Below are positions 9,085 to 17,430 of a DNA stretch of 64,000 nucleotides, piece after piece. Position 1 is the stretch's first letter. Every line of letters starts with the position of its first letter. Source of the stretch: an uncultured Nitrospira sp. Lineage in GTDB: Bacteria > Nitrospirota > Nitrospiria > Nitrospirales > Nitrospiraceae. Made by a program: the position numbers and the translations under genes. The stretch spans positions 1,944 through 65,943 of the forward strand of contig CAZBNV010000006.1 of the NCBI GenBank assembly GCA_964493335.1, given 5' to 3'. The notes beneath the pieces were generated by a model. It was not told the DNA's origin. It saw only the letters and a program-made list of their open reading frames with translations, and made no database searches.

Positions 9085-12000
9085 CGGGGCATCCAGACGC
9101 GCACCAGCGAGAGCAATTGGTCGACGTGCAGCGGCTTAGCCATGTAGTCGTTTGCGCCGGCGGCCAGGGCCTGCTCCTGATCATGTTTCATCGCCTTGGC
9201 CGTGAGGGCGATGATGGGCAGGGTGCGCCATTCGGCACGTGCCCGGATGGCGCGCATGGCGGCCAGGCCATCCATCTCCGGCATCATAATGTCCATGAGA
9301 ATGAGATCGATGGGACGTGTGCCGTCCTCTACCGGCTGCTCCAGGACCGCCAGACATTCAAGACCGTTGCGGGCAATGTCGATCGTGGCGCCATGCGGTT
9401 CCAAGACCGCGCTCAGCGCAAAAATATTCCGCACATCATCCTCCACGATCAGAATGCGCCGTCCTTCCAACACCGCACTGCGGCTGCGCGCTTTTTCGAG
9501 CATCGCTTGCTGTTCCAGGGGAAGCGTCGAGACGACCTGATGCAGGAACAGGGTGACTTCATCCAGCAGCCGTTCGGGGGACTTGGCGCCCTTGATGATG
9601 ATGGAATGCGAGTATTTGCGAAGACGCTGTTCTTCATCCGTCGAGAGATCGCGACCCGTGTACACGATGACCGGTGGAAACGCGTACTGCTCTTCCTGCC
9701 TCAAGGTCTCGAGTAGGGAAAACCCACTGGCGTCAGGCAGGGTCAGATCAAGAACCATGCAATCGAAGGTCTTGTCGGCGAGCTGTTTCAGACATTCGGC
9801 TGCGTTTTCGACGCCGATCGTTTCCACGTCCGGCGAGCCGAGCAAGCGTCGCAGACTCTCCCGTTGGGTGGGATCGTCTTCTACGATGAGCACTCGCCGA
9901 GGTTTTTGCGTGAGTCGGCTCTCGAACTGTTGAAATGCGTCGATGAGTTGCTCTCGCTTGACGGGTTTGAGGATGTATCCGACCGCGCCCAAAGAAAGTG
10001 CCGTCTGCATGTGGTCATGGGCTGAGACCACGTGTACCGGGATGTGCCTCGTGCGTGTGTCGTCTTTCAAACGGTCGATGACAGAGAGACCGGAATGGTC
10101 GGGCAACCCAAGATCCAACACCACGGCGCTCGGTACATAGCGGGTGGCGAGCGCAACCGCTTCGGCGGCGGTGTGCGCGAGGAGGACCTGAAAACTGAGT
10201 TCATGCGCAAGGTCGGCGAGAATACGTGCGAACGGCTCATCGTCCTCGACCATCAGGATCACCCGACGGCCGCCCGTCAATCGCTCCCGGTCGTCATTGA
10301 TTCTGGCCTCGGCGCCATTCGAAGGCAGAGGGTCAGACCAGGTTCCATTCGGTACGGCCGCGACGACGGAGGATGTGGACACCTGTGGGGCCCGGCCCTC
10401 GGTAAGGCGGGGAGGCGGGGCAGGCGCTGTATAGGTCTGGGGTAGGAGCAGGGTAAAGGTGCTGCCTTCGCCCACTCTGCTGCGCAGGTGAATCTCGCCT
10501 CCGAGCAGTCGCACGAACTCACGCGAAATCGACAGTCCCAGCCCTGTGCCTCCATACTTGCGATTGGTCGTGCCATCCGCCTGGCAGAAGGGTTCAAAAA
10601 TAATGTCTCGCTGCTCCTCCGGAATGCCGATGCCGGTGTCGCTCACGCTGAAGGCGATGCGGCCGTCAGAGGACCGAGACACGTCGAGCGAGACCTCGCC
10701 TTCCTCCGTAAATTTGATGGCATTGGAAAGCAGGTTTTTAAGGACCTGTTCGAGTCGTTGCCGGTCCGATTCTAAGTATTCCGGCGTTTCGGGTGACCGG
10801 CGCATGGTCAGCCGCAACGCTTTTTTCTCGGCCTGCGGTTGAAACAGCGAGCGTAGACTCTCGATGAGGCGCGCGATGGGCACTTGGCGCAGATCTAGAT
10901 CGAGGCGCCCGGCCTCGACCTTGGCAAGATCGAGCACGTCATCGATGAGGGCCAAGAGGTCGTTCCCGGCCGCTTCAATGGTGGTGAGGGATGTCACCTG
11001 ATCGGACGTGAGATTGCCGTCCGGATTATCGGCGAGCAGCTTCGCGAGGATGAGGGACGAGTTGAGGGGAGTCCGCATTTCGTGCGACATGTTGGCGAGA
11101 AACTCGGACTTATACCGGCTGGCCCGCTCCAATTGCCGAGCCTGGGTCTCCAGCGCACTGTTCGCGTCATGCAGGTCCTCCTTCTGAGTCTCGAGCAGCT
11201 GGGCCTGCCCTTCCAGCTGTGAGTTGATCTGTTCCAACTCGGCTTGCTGCTGTTCCATGTGGGCGTGGGATTCCTTCAACGCGCGGCTTTGCTCTTCAAG
11301 CTCTTCGTTGGCCACGCGCAGTTCTTCGCTTTGGACCTGAAGCTCCTCGGCTTGCCGCTGGGTTTCTTCCAGGAGGTCCTGGAGGCGCGTGCGGTATTGA
11401 GCCGACCGCACCGCGACGGCGATCGATTCCGATACGCGAGTGAGGAGGTCGATGTCGGCCTGTCCAACCCGGTGAAAGAATCCCAATTCCAGAACCGCTT
11501 TGACTCTGCCGTCTGCGGCGACCGGCGCAATCATGAGATGGCGTGGCGCACTCCTGCCAAGACCGGAGGCAATGGTGAAATAGGTATCCGGTACATCATG
11601 CAGAACACAGATACGTTGGTCCTTGACGGCTTGACCCAATAACCCATCCCCCGGCTCGAATCGCTCAGGCAGGGACGTCCCTGCAGCGACAGCGTGGGTT
11701 GCAAAGCGGCGAAAGCTTGCTCCGTCTTCCAGAAAGATTGCCGCCGCCTGGGCGCCGAGGCACCCCGCCATACAATGTAAAACGTTCTCACCCAGGCTGC
11801 GAAGGTCCTGTTCTCCGATCATTCGTTCGCTCAGCAACGTCTGAGCCGACTGTATCCATTCTTGTTCGCGCACCGCGAGTTTATTACGGATGAATTGGAA
11901 TCCGAAGACAGCGAGTGCCCAGGCCGTGGCAATTCCGATGCTTCGGTTGATCCCGGAAAAACCAGGATCCGCACCGATCGGGCTCAAGAAGTAACCGATG

Positions 12001-12203
12001 ACCGTCAGCACAGTAACTGCCGCCGCCACTCCCACCGGCGAGGAGGGATGCCAGGTGAGATATGACAAGACCACCGGCACGAGATACAGTGCCCACACCG
12101 CAATGCCCAACGGCGTCGAAAGGTCGGTCACAAACACGGCCGCCATCGAGAGCGCGACGGCGGTATACACAAACGGCGTGGGCGTGCGTTGAAACCTGGT
12201 CAT
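9081..12203 (-). CDS. Membrane-bound hybrid sensor kinase: about 4 TM helices, GAF, E/Q-rich coiled coil, HisKA, HATPase_c and three REC domains
   Basis: 1040-aa ORF with a hydrophobic N-terminus, a GAF-like region, the coiled coil QAEELQVQSEELRVANEELEEQ, the H-box SEFLANMSHEMRTPLN, GGTGLGLSIS, and three receivers. The start codon has no clear SD. Confidence 0.9.
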   Translation of the reverse strand: MTRFQRTPTPFVYTAVALSMAAVFVTDLSTPLGIAVWALYLVPVVLSYLTWHPSSPVGVAAAVTVLTVIGYFLSPIGADPGFSGINRSIGIATAWALAVFGFQFIRNKLAVREQEWIQSAQTLLSERMIGEQDLRSLGENVLHCMAGCLGAQAAAIFLEDGASFRRFATHAVAAGTSLPERFEPGDGLLGQAVKDQRICVLHDVPDTYFTIASGLGRSAPRHLMIAPVAADGRVKAVLELGFFHRVGQADIDLLTRVSESIAVAVRSAQYRTRLQDLLEETQRQAEELQVQSEELRVANEELEEQSRALKESHAHMEQQQAELEQINSQLEGQAQLLETQKEDLHDANSALETQARQLERASRYKSEFLANMSHEMRTPLNSSLILAKLLADNPDGNLTSDQVTSLTTIEAAGNDLLALIDDVLDLAKVEAGRLDLDLRQVPIARLIESLRSLFQPQAEKKALRLTMRRSPETPEYLESDRQRLEQVLKNLLSNAIKFTEEGEVSLDVSRSSDGRIAFSVSDTGIGIPEEQRDIIFEPFCQADGTTNRKYGGTGLGLSISREFVRLLGGEIHLRSRVGEGSTFTLLLPQTYTAPAPPPRLTEGRAPQVSTSSVVAAVPNGTWSDPLPSNGAEARINDDRERLTGGRRVILMVEDDEPFARILADLAHELSFQVLLAHTAAEAVALATRYVPSAVVLDLGLPDHSGLSVIDRLKDDTRTRHIPVHVVSAHDHMQTALSLGAVGYILKPVKREQLIDAFQQFESRLTQKPRRVLIVEDDPTQRESLRRLLGSPDVETIGVENAAECLKQLADKTFDCMVLDLTLPDASGFSLLETLRQEEQYAFPPVIVYTGRDLSTDEEQRLRKYSHSIIIKGAKSPERLLDEVTLFLHQVVSTLPLEQQAMLEKARSRSAVLEGRRILIVEDDVRNIFALSAVLEPHGATIDIARNGLECLAVLEQPVEDGTRPIDLILMDIMMPEMDGLAAMRAIRARAEWRTLPIIALTAKAMKHDQEQALAAGANDYMAKPLHVDQLLSLVRVWMPR

Positions 12204-12455
12204 CGTGTGCTCAGCATTCCCGGCAGACGGCTTGGATAGTTTGGTACAGGTCCTCGACCGACGGCCAGGAAAGTTATGGTCATGGCCGTGGCCGGTCTTA
12301 GAAAGCGCATCAATACATGGGAATCCCTCGTTGTGGAGGGAAGGACGGCTCCGGTCTCAGGACGCCATGCCCATGAGGCGGAACGAATACCTGTATACAT
12401 CCTGGATACAGGATGTATGGCGAACTTTTGTACTGCGATTCAGACATGCCCACCC

Positions 12456-12473
12456 ACTAGGGAGACCCCTAGT
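12456..12473 (-). promoter_or_regulatory. CTAG-palindrome box upstream of the kinase-cheR-cheB-kinase operon
   Basis: ACTAGG-GAGACC-CCTAGT is a perfect inverted repeat. On the minus strand it is followed after 23 nt by TACAAA (12427-12432). The leader to the 12203 start would be long, about 215 nt. Confidence 0.5.
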
Positions 12474-12510
12474 TTGCCTCCTGCGGCTGACGGAATGTAT
12501 TCGACTCAGG

Positions 12511-12885
12511 TTATTTAGGAATGGAGGGAGGCGGCAACTCAGGGGCGGCGCTGTCCATGACGCGCACGGCTCGACCTTGCTTATCCAGCTTGAGGGTAAT
12601 TCTTTGGCCCACCGAGAGATTGATGAAGAGCTCGGGCTTGACGATTTGAAATGCTACTTCTTTCCCCACATCAGTGGTCAGCGTGCCCTTCTTGTCTGCC
12701 AGATTCACCGTGCCCAGCGTTCCGGAGACGGTGTCATAAGCCTCAGCCGTTTCGGCATGTACTGGAGTGAGCCGGTGGATTTGAAACTCTGTCAGGGTGC
12801 CAAACAGCAAGCCTGCCGTTATTCCTCCCATGACCATTCCTCGAAGAACGGTGTGGTTTCGGCCCGATTGTGTGGGATCGTCCAT
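12511..12885 (-). CDS. Hypothetical membrane-anchored or exported protein
   Basis: AAGGAG lies 10 nt upstream of ATG 12885. One N-terminal hydrophobic helix is followed by a beta-rich soluble domain. I recognise no family. Confidence 0.6.
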   Translation of the reverse strand: MDDPTQSGRNHTVLRGMVMGGITAGLLFGTLTEFQIHRLTPVHAETAEAYDTVSGTLGTVNLADKKGTLTTDVGKEVAFQIVKPELFINLSVGQRITLKLDKQGRAVRVMDSAAPELPPPSIPK

Positions 12886-12929
12886 GGTGACTCTTCTCCT
12901 TTTCTAAACGCCTCTCCTGGCGGCGCGAT

Positions 12930-13121
12930 TTACTTTGGCGAACCTGGCATGAGAGGCGGTTGCGGAGTCGATGGCGGCACCGGCACAGGATCCGTCGGTT
13001 TCGGGGGAGCCGTAGGGCCAGGGCCTGGTTGCGGCATCGGCGCCGGCACCTCACCCAGCGATAAGCTTGCATTGCCGAATAAGATGCCGCAGATACCCAG
13101 GGTGGCGAATATCATCCTCAT
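12930..13121 (-). CDS. Small secreted proline-rich protein
   Basis: AAGGAG lies 8 nt upstream of ATG 13121. A signal-like N-terminus (MRMIFATLGICGILFGNASLSLG) is followed by a P-rich low-complexity tail. Confidence 0.45.
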   Translation of the reverse strand: MRMIFATLGICGILFGNASLSLGEVPAPMPQPGPGPTAPPKPTDPVPVPPSTPQPPLMPGSPK

Positions 13122-13181
13122 CAAAGTCTCTCCTTTTGCGCTACGGCCGGGACTCGTGGTGTCGGCTGCGCTCCAACGAGT

Positions 13182-13589
13182 TTACTGTGAACTTGCTCCG
13201 GATGCCGCAGGCACCGATTCCACCACCATTTTATGACAGATCTCAGCGCATCGCCGACATTCCTTAGCACAGTCTCCACAGAGCGGATGATGCGGGGCAT
13301 GTTGTTCACAGACGCCCGCGCAGACTTCACACAGTTCTGCGCACAACGCGCACATGCGCAGAGAAAAGGCGGAGGCTCGGCCCATCCATTGCGCCGCGAG
13401 CAAGCAGATGTCGGCGCAATCACGACAGAGCCTGATGCATCGCGCCGTCAAATCTTGCGCGGACGCATGCGACATGCCGATCATGTCGTCTCCGCACTTG
13501 TTGCAAACCCGGGCACAGGCCAGGCAGGCCTCGATGCAGGCTTCCATATGCTGCCCTACTGAGCGTTCGGCGAGATGGGAAGATTTCAT
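13182..13589 (-). CDS. Cysteine-rich four-helix-bundle protein (DUF326, copper-binding type)
   Basis: GGAGG lies 7 nt upstream of the ATG. Repeated CxxxC/CxxC helices (ACIEACLACARVCNKC, CIRLCRDCADIC, CALCAELCEVCAGVC, CGDCAKECRRCAEIC) are typical of DUF326. Confidence 0.8.
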   Translation of the reverse strand: MKSSHLAERSVGQHMEACIEACLACARVCNKCGDDMIGMSHASAQDLTARCIRLCRDCADICLLAAQWMGRASAFSLRMCALCAELCEVCAGVCEQHAPHHPLCGDCAKECRRCAEICHKMVVESVPAASGASSQ

Positions 13590-13692
13590 TGGCGCACCTC
13601 CGCATTGTCAATCCACTCATGGACTGTACGCACCCTAGGCCACTTTCCGGTAACTGGGCACTAGGGATACCTCTCGGCCCCCCATCATGATG

Positions 13693-13710
13693 ACTAGGGT
13701 AGTATCTAGC
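13693..13710 (+). promoter_or_regulatory. CTAG-palindrome box upstream of the PLD-DedA/EEP operon
   Basis: ACTAGG-GTAGTA-TCTAGC, followed after 23 nt by TATGGT (13734-13739). The predicted TSS near 13746 is about 83 nt before the 13829 start. Confidence 0.6.
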
Positions 13711-13828
13711 TAGAAGGGACCAGAGCGATTGGTTATGGTGCCCTACCTGGCAAAGGCAGGTCGCAGTCTGTGAGTGATGGAATTAGCCGTTCTGATCAAG
13801 CGTAGCTTCTTGAGAGGGCCGAAGAAGT

Positions 13829-16015
13829 TTGGAATCTAGCGTGAGGGATTCACCGGCAGTGCTGGAACCGGGACGAAATTGTTGGCGTCGCGAAGCGTTT
13901 GAAAAGGCCGCCTTTCTCATCGATGGCGAGGCGTATTTTCACGCATTCAGGGCCGTGGCGCTCCAGGCGAAACAGTCCATCTTCATCATCGGCTGGGACG
14001 TGGATACCCAAATCGAGTTGGTGAAGGGGGAGGACCAGAGCTCCGGCTTTCCCAGGCGGCTGGGCGAATTTCTGGTCGCGCTGTTACGGCGTAAACGAAA
14101 GCTCCGAGTCTATGTCCTCAATTGGGATTTTGCGATGATTTACGCCTGGGAGCGTCAATGGATGCCGACGGCCGAGCCTGGATGGAGCCGCCATCGCCGG
14201 TTCTCATACGAGGTCGATGGCCAGCATCCCCTTGGAGCCTCGCACCACCAAAAGGTGGTGGTCATCGACGACACGATCGCCTTCGTCGGCGGGCTGGATC
14301 TGTCCAAGTCTCGATGGGACACGTCTGCCCATGTGTCTCAGGATCCCCGAAGAATCAATCCCGATGGGACACCGTATGCTCCCTTTCACGACGTGCAGAT
14401 GATGGTGTCGGGCGAGGCTGCGGCAGCCTTAGGAGATCTAGCCCGAGGTCGGTGGCTGAATGCGACTGGCCGGCGGCTCGGTCGTTCGGAGCGTCGCGCG
14501 GTGAAGGAGCTCTGGCCCCCTGCATTGCAGTCCGATATCGCTGACTGGGAGGTCGGAATTCTCCGGACGCAGCCCGCCTATGAGGCGCAACCGGAGGCTC
14601 GTGAGATCCAGCACGCCTATCTGGATGCCATTAAGAGCGCTCGCCAATCTATTTATATCGAGTCGCAATATTTCACCGCCCATGTCATCGGCCGGGCGCT
14701 TGCGGCTCGGCTGTCAGAACAGAACGGACCGGAAGTGGTGCTGGTGCTTCGTCACGACTGTGACGGGTGGCTAGAACGTCAGACGATGGATGCCCTCCGA
14801 GCCCGGGTGCTGAACGAGATGGAGATGGCCGATCACTATCACCGACTGCGTGTCTATGCCCCGATGGTTCCAGTCACCGAGGGCAGAGATTATGTTGTGG
14901 TGCATAGCAAACTGCTCATTGTGGATGAGGAATTCTTATGCCTTGGCTCGGCCAACGTGTCGAATCGCTCCATGGGATTCGATACCGAGTGCAATCTTGC
15001 GATCGCGTCCGACGGACGGCCGGAGGTCCGGACGGCGATCGCGGGCCTTCGCAATCGATTGCTCAGTGAACACTTGGGAGTCGCGGAGAGCCTCGTGAAG
15101 GAACACATCGCGTCTTGTGGTTCACTGATCGGGACGATTGAGGCGCTTCGCAATGGACGGCGAAGTCTAGAGGATGAGTGCTTCGGTACCAGTCGAGAAG
15201 GGGCCGCTCTGATTCCAGAGCATTTGCTGATTGACCCTGAACGGCCGATAGCCGCCGATCAGTTCCTGGACAGTGTTATGCATCGTCGGGAACAGGGTCG
15301 GATGGGACGTCGCTCGCTGGCAGTGGCCTCAGTATTGGCGGCCACATTGGTATTGGCTGCCGCCTGGCGCTGGACCCCATTGGGCGACCTGGTAACAGTC
15401 GAGGGTATTCTCGAATCGGTGCAGTCCCTGGGCCGAGGACCGTTGGGATGGCTCACGCTGTTGAGTAGTTATATCCTGGGAGGGTTGCTCGTCTTTCCTC
15501 TCACGCTGCTGATCGTCGTGACCCTCGTGGCATTCGGGCCCTTGGTGGGTCCCCCAACCGCTCTCGTGGGCTCATTGCTCAGCGCCATGGCCATTTTTGG
15601 CCTCGGACGCCTCTTGGGGAGATACCGGGTCCAACGGCTCGCGGGACGTCGTATGTCTCACCTCGCTCAACGCATTGCCGAACGTGGGATGTGGGCGGTT
15701 CTGCTGGTGAGACTTCTGCCGATCGCCCCCTTTTCGACGGTGAATCTGGTTGCCGGCGCCACGCCTATCACTCTGCGGGACTATGTCCTCGGCACCGCGC
15801 TCGGGATGGCACCCGGAATTGTGGTCATGGCGATGTTCATCGATCGTCTTGAAGCAGTGGTGCGAAGACCGACTCCTCTCGCCTTTGTGGTGCTGGGGTT
15901 TCTGATTGCCGGTGCGTGGGCCTGTGCCTGGTACCTGTCGCGGCGATTACAACAAGGGCGGCATGACGCGCTTCCCGCCGATGCACCCAGCTCGACTGTC
16001 ACCGCGTGCCCATGA
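13829..16015 (+). CDS. Phospholipase D-family protein (two HKD motifs) fused to a C-terminal DedA/VTT (SNARE-associated) membrane domain
   Basis: HKD motifs HHQKVVVIDD and VHSKLLIVDEEFLCLGSANVSNRS. The C-terminus has about 5 TM helices with a VTT-like core (LLVRLLPIAPFSTVNLVAGAT). The TTG 13829 start is uncertain; GTG 13841 is an alternative. Confidence 0.85.
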   Translation: MESSVRDSPAVLEPGRNCWRREAFEKAAFLIDGEAYFHAFRAVALQAKQSIFIIGWDVDTQIELVKGEDQSSGFPRRLGEFLVALLRRKRKLRVYVLNWDFAMIYAWERQWMPTAEPGWSRHRRFSYEVDGQHPLGASHHQKVVVIDDTIAFVGGLDLSKSRWDTSAHVSQDPRRINPDGTPYAPFHDVQMMVSGEAAAALGDLARGRWLNATGRRLGRSERRAVKELWPPALQSDIADWEVGILRTQPAYEAQPEAREIQHAYLDAIKSARQSIYIESQYFTAHVIGRALAARLSEQNGPEVVLVLRHDCDGWLERQTMDALRARVLNEMEMADHYHRLRVYAPMVPVTEGRDYVVVHSKLLIVDEEFLCLGSANVSNRSMGFDTECNLAIASDGRPEVRTAIAGLRNRLLSEHLGVAESLVKEHIASCGSLIGTIEALRNGRRSLEDECFGTSREGAALIPEHLLIDPERPIAADQFLDSVMHRREQGRMGRRSLAVASVLAATLVLAAAWRWTPLGDLVTVEGILESVQSLGRGPLGWLTLLSSYILGGLLVFPLTLLIVVTLVAFGPLVGPPTALVGSLLSAMAIFGLGRLLGRYRVQRLAGRRMSHLAQRIAERGMWAVLLVRLLPIAPFSTVNLVAGATPITLRDYVLGTALGMAPGIVVMAMFIDRLEAVVRRPTPLAFVVLGFLIAGAWACAWYLSRRLQQGRHDALPADAPSSTVTACP

Positions 16016-16025
16016 GGAAGGATTG

Positions 16026-16736
16026 ATGCTGATGCACATGCGGGTTGCGTCCTATAACATCCATCGCGGGTTTGGGCGAGATGGGCGGTACGAGCCGCAG
16101 CGCATTCTTCACGTGCTGCAGGAATTGGACGCCGACATCATTGCGTTACAGGAAGTCGACGTGTTGGGGCCGGATACGATTCAAATCCTGCCCTGGTTGG
16201 CGACTCAGATGAAAATGACGGCGATAGCTGGACCGGTGCACTCGCGACCTGAAGGTGACTATGGAAATGCCCTGCTTACGAAATTTCCCGTCGAGAAGGT
16301 GAGACGATGGGATCTTTCGATTGGAGCCCACGAACCGCGCGGTGTGCTGGATACGGACATGGTCTGCAACGGGCAGTCCATTCATGTGTTGAATACTCAT
16401 CTGGGATTGTGGCCGTTAGAGCGGTCCCAGCAAGTGCAACGGTTACTTGAACTGTTGGATGTAAGACACCATGACCTCACGATCCTGATGGGAGATTTAA
16501 ATGAATGGTGTGCCTGGGGAAAGTCGCTACGGATATTACGACGGGTTTTCGGCCATCCAACGGCGCCTGAGACCTTTCCCGCCGCATGGCCGATCTTGGC
16601 GCTCGACCGGATCTGGGTGTCGCCCGCGCCAGCCCTTATTGGAGTTCAGGCGCACCATACAACATTAAGTGAGGCGGCGTCTGATCATCTGCCCGTGAGG
16701 GCTGAAATTTCAATTGGGTCGGAACGCAAGTTCTGA
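16026..16736 (+). CDS. Endonuclease/exonuclease/phosphatase (EEP) family protein
   Basis: ATG 16026 lies 10 nt after the PLD stop, preceded by GAGGAAGGA. EEP motifs: VASYNIHRG, ALQEV, GDLNEW, SDHLPV. Confidence 0.85.
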   Translation: MLMHMRVASYNIHRGFGRDGRYEPQRILHVLQELDADIIALQEVDVLGPDTIQILPWLATQMKMTAIAGPVHSRPEGDYGNALLTKFPVEKVRRWDLSIGAHEPRGVLDTDMVCNGQSIHVLNTHLGLWPLERSQQVQRLLELLDVRHHDLTILMGDLNEWCAWGKSLRILRRVFGHPTAPETFPAAWPILALDRIWVSPAPALIGVQAHHTTLSEAASDHLPVRAEISIGSERKF

Positions 16737-16743
16737 CACAGGT

Positions 16744-17208
16744 TTAACTCCGGGCCATCACCGGCACCTCAGAAGTCACTGGAAGCTCAATTGAATAGTG
16801 GCCATGCCCGAGATAGCTCAGACGCAGCTGTCCGACTCGGCTCAACCGGTCTACTTCTGAGAAGACTTGATTCCATGTCAGTGTGGGACAGGCCCGGACC
16901 AGCATGTCCAAATCACATTTCTGGACAGTCGTGAATACATCCAGAATGATGTTAGCCGTATCATTCTCAGGCCTGCTCGATGTGCTGTCTTGCCGTGAGA
17001 TGGGACCATCAATTCTGTGTAGCTTCCGGAACTGCGTGGCGCAGGCTGGGCAATAGGTGTGGGTCAGCTGGTACTCACCGCTCGATAAGTGGTGGGCCCT
17101 CAAAAAGGCCTCCAGAGTATCCCACGACTCCTCCTCACTCGCGGCCTGCACATGCTCTCTGACCCTGTTGCATACACAGCATATAGGGATGACGATGGCG
17201 GCGTTCAT
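16744..17208 (-). CDS. Hypothetical protein: N-terminal CxxC...CPxC zinc-ribbon-like module and a C-terminal winged-helix-like domain
   Basis: 154 aa. CCVCNRVR...W...THTYCPAC, then LTWNQVFSEVDRLSRVGQLRLSYLGHGHYSIEL. It has its own CTAG box and -10 upstream. Confidence 0.6.
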   Translation of the reverse strand: MNAAIVIPICCVCNRVREHVQAASEEESWDTLEAFLRAHHLSSGEYQLTHTYCPACATQFRKLHRIDGPISRQDSTSSRPENDTANIILDVFTTVQKCDLDMLVRACPTLTWNQVFSEVDRLSRVGQLRLSYLGHGHYSIELPVTSEVPVMARS

Positions 17209-17283
17209 GAGCCCCTCCCATTGATATCAACTGCGCGGATACAGTGGTAGTACGGATAGTAAAAAATTTGACCAGTGAGGAAA

Positions 17284-17301
17284 ACTAGGTGTCCTCCTAG
17301 T
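17284..17301 (-). promoter_or_regulatory. CTAG-palindrome box upstream of 16744..17208
   Basis: ACTAGG-TGTCCT-CCTAGT is a perfect inverted repeat. On the minus strand it is followed after 22 nt by TACTAT (17256-17261), leaving a leader of about 41 nt. Confidence 0.7.
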
Positions 17302-17430
17302 TTCTCTGTAGGTCGTCGTTCGGCCCCCGCGAGGGACGATTGTCATTCAAATCATGGTGCCTCGCTATAACAAGGTTGGCACTGGATGATGCGAGGGTTG
17401 AAACGGCGACATGAGTCCGACAGACTGGCT

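Noticed and set aside
13653-13670. A degenerate box upstream of the DUF326 gene.
   Set aside because: One half-site is lost (GTATCC) and the spacing to TACAGT is 24 nt. It is mentioned under the DUF326 finding but not annotated as a feature.
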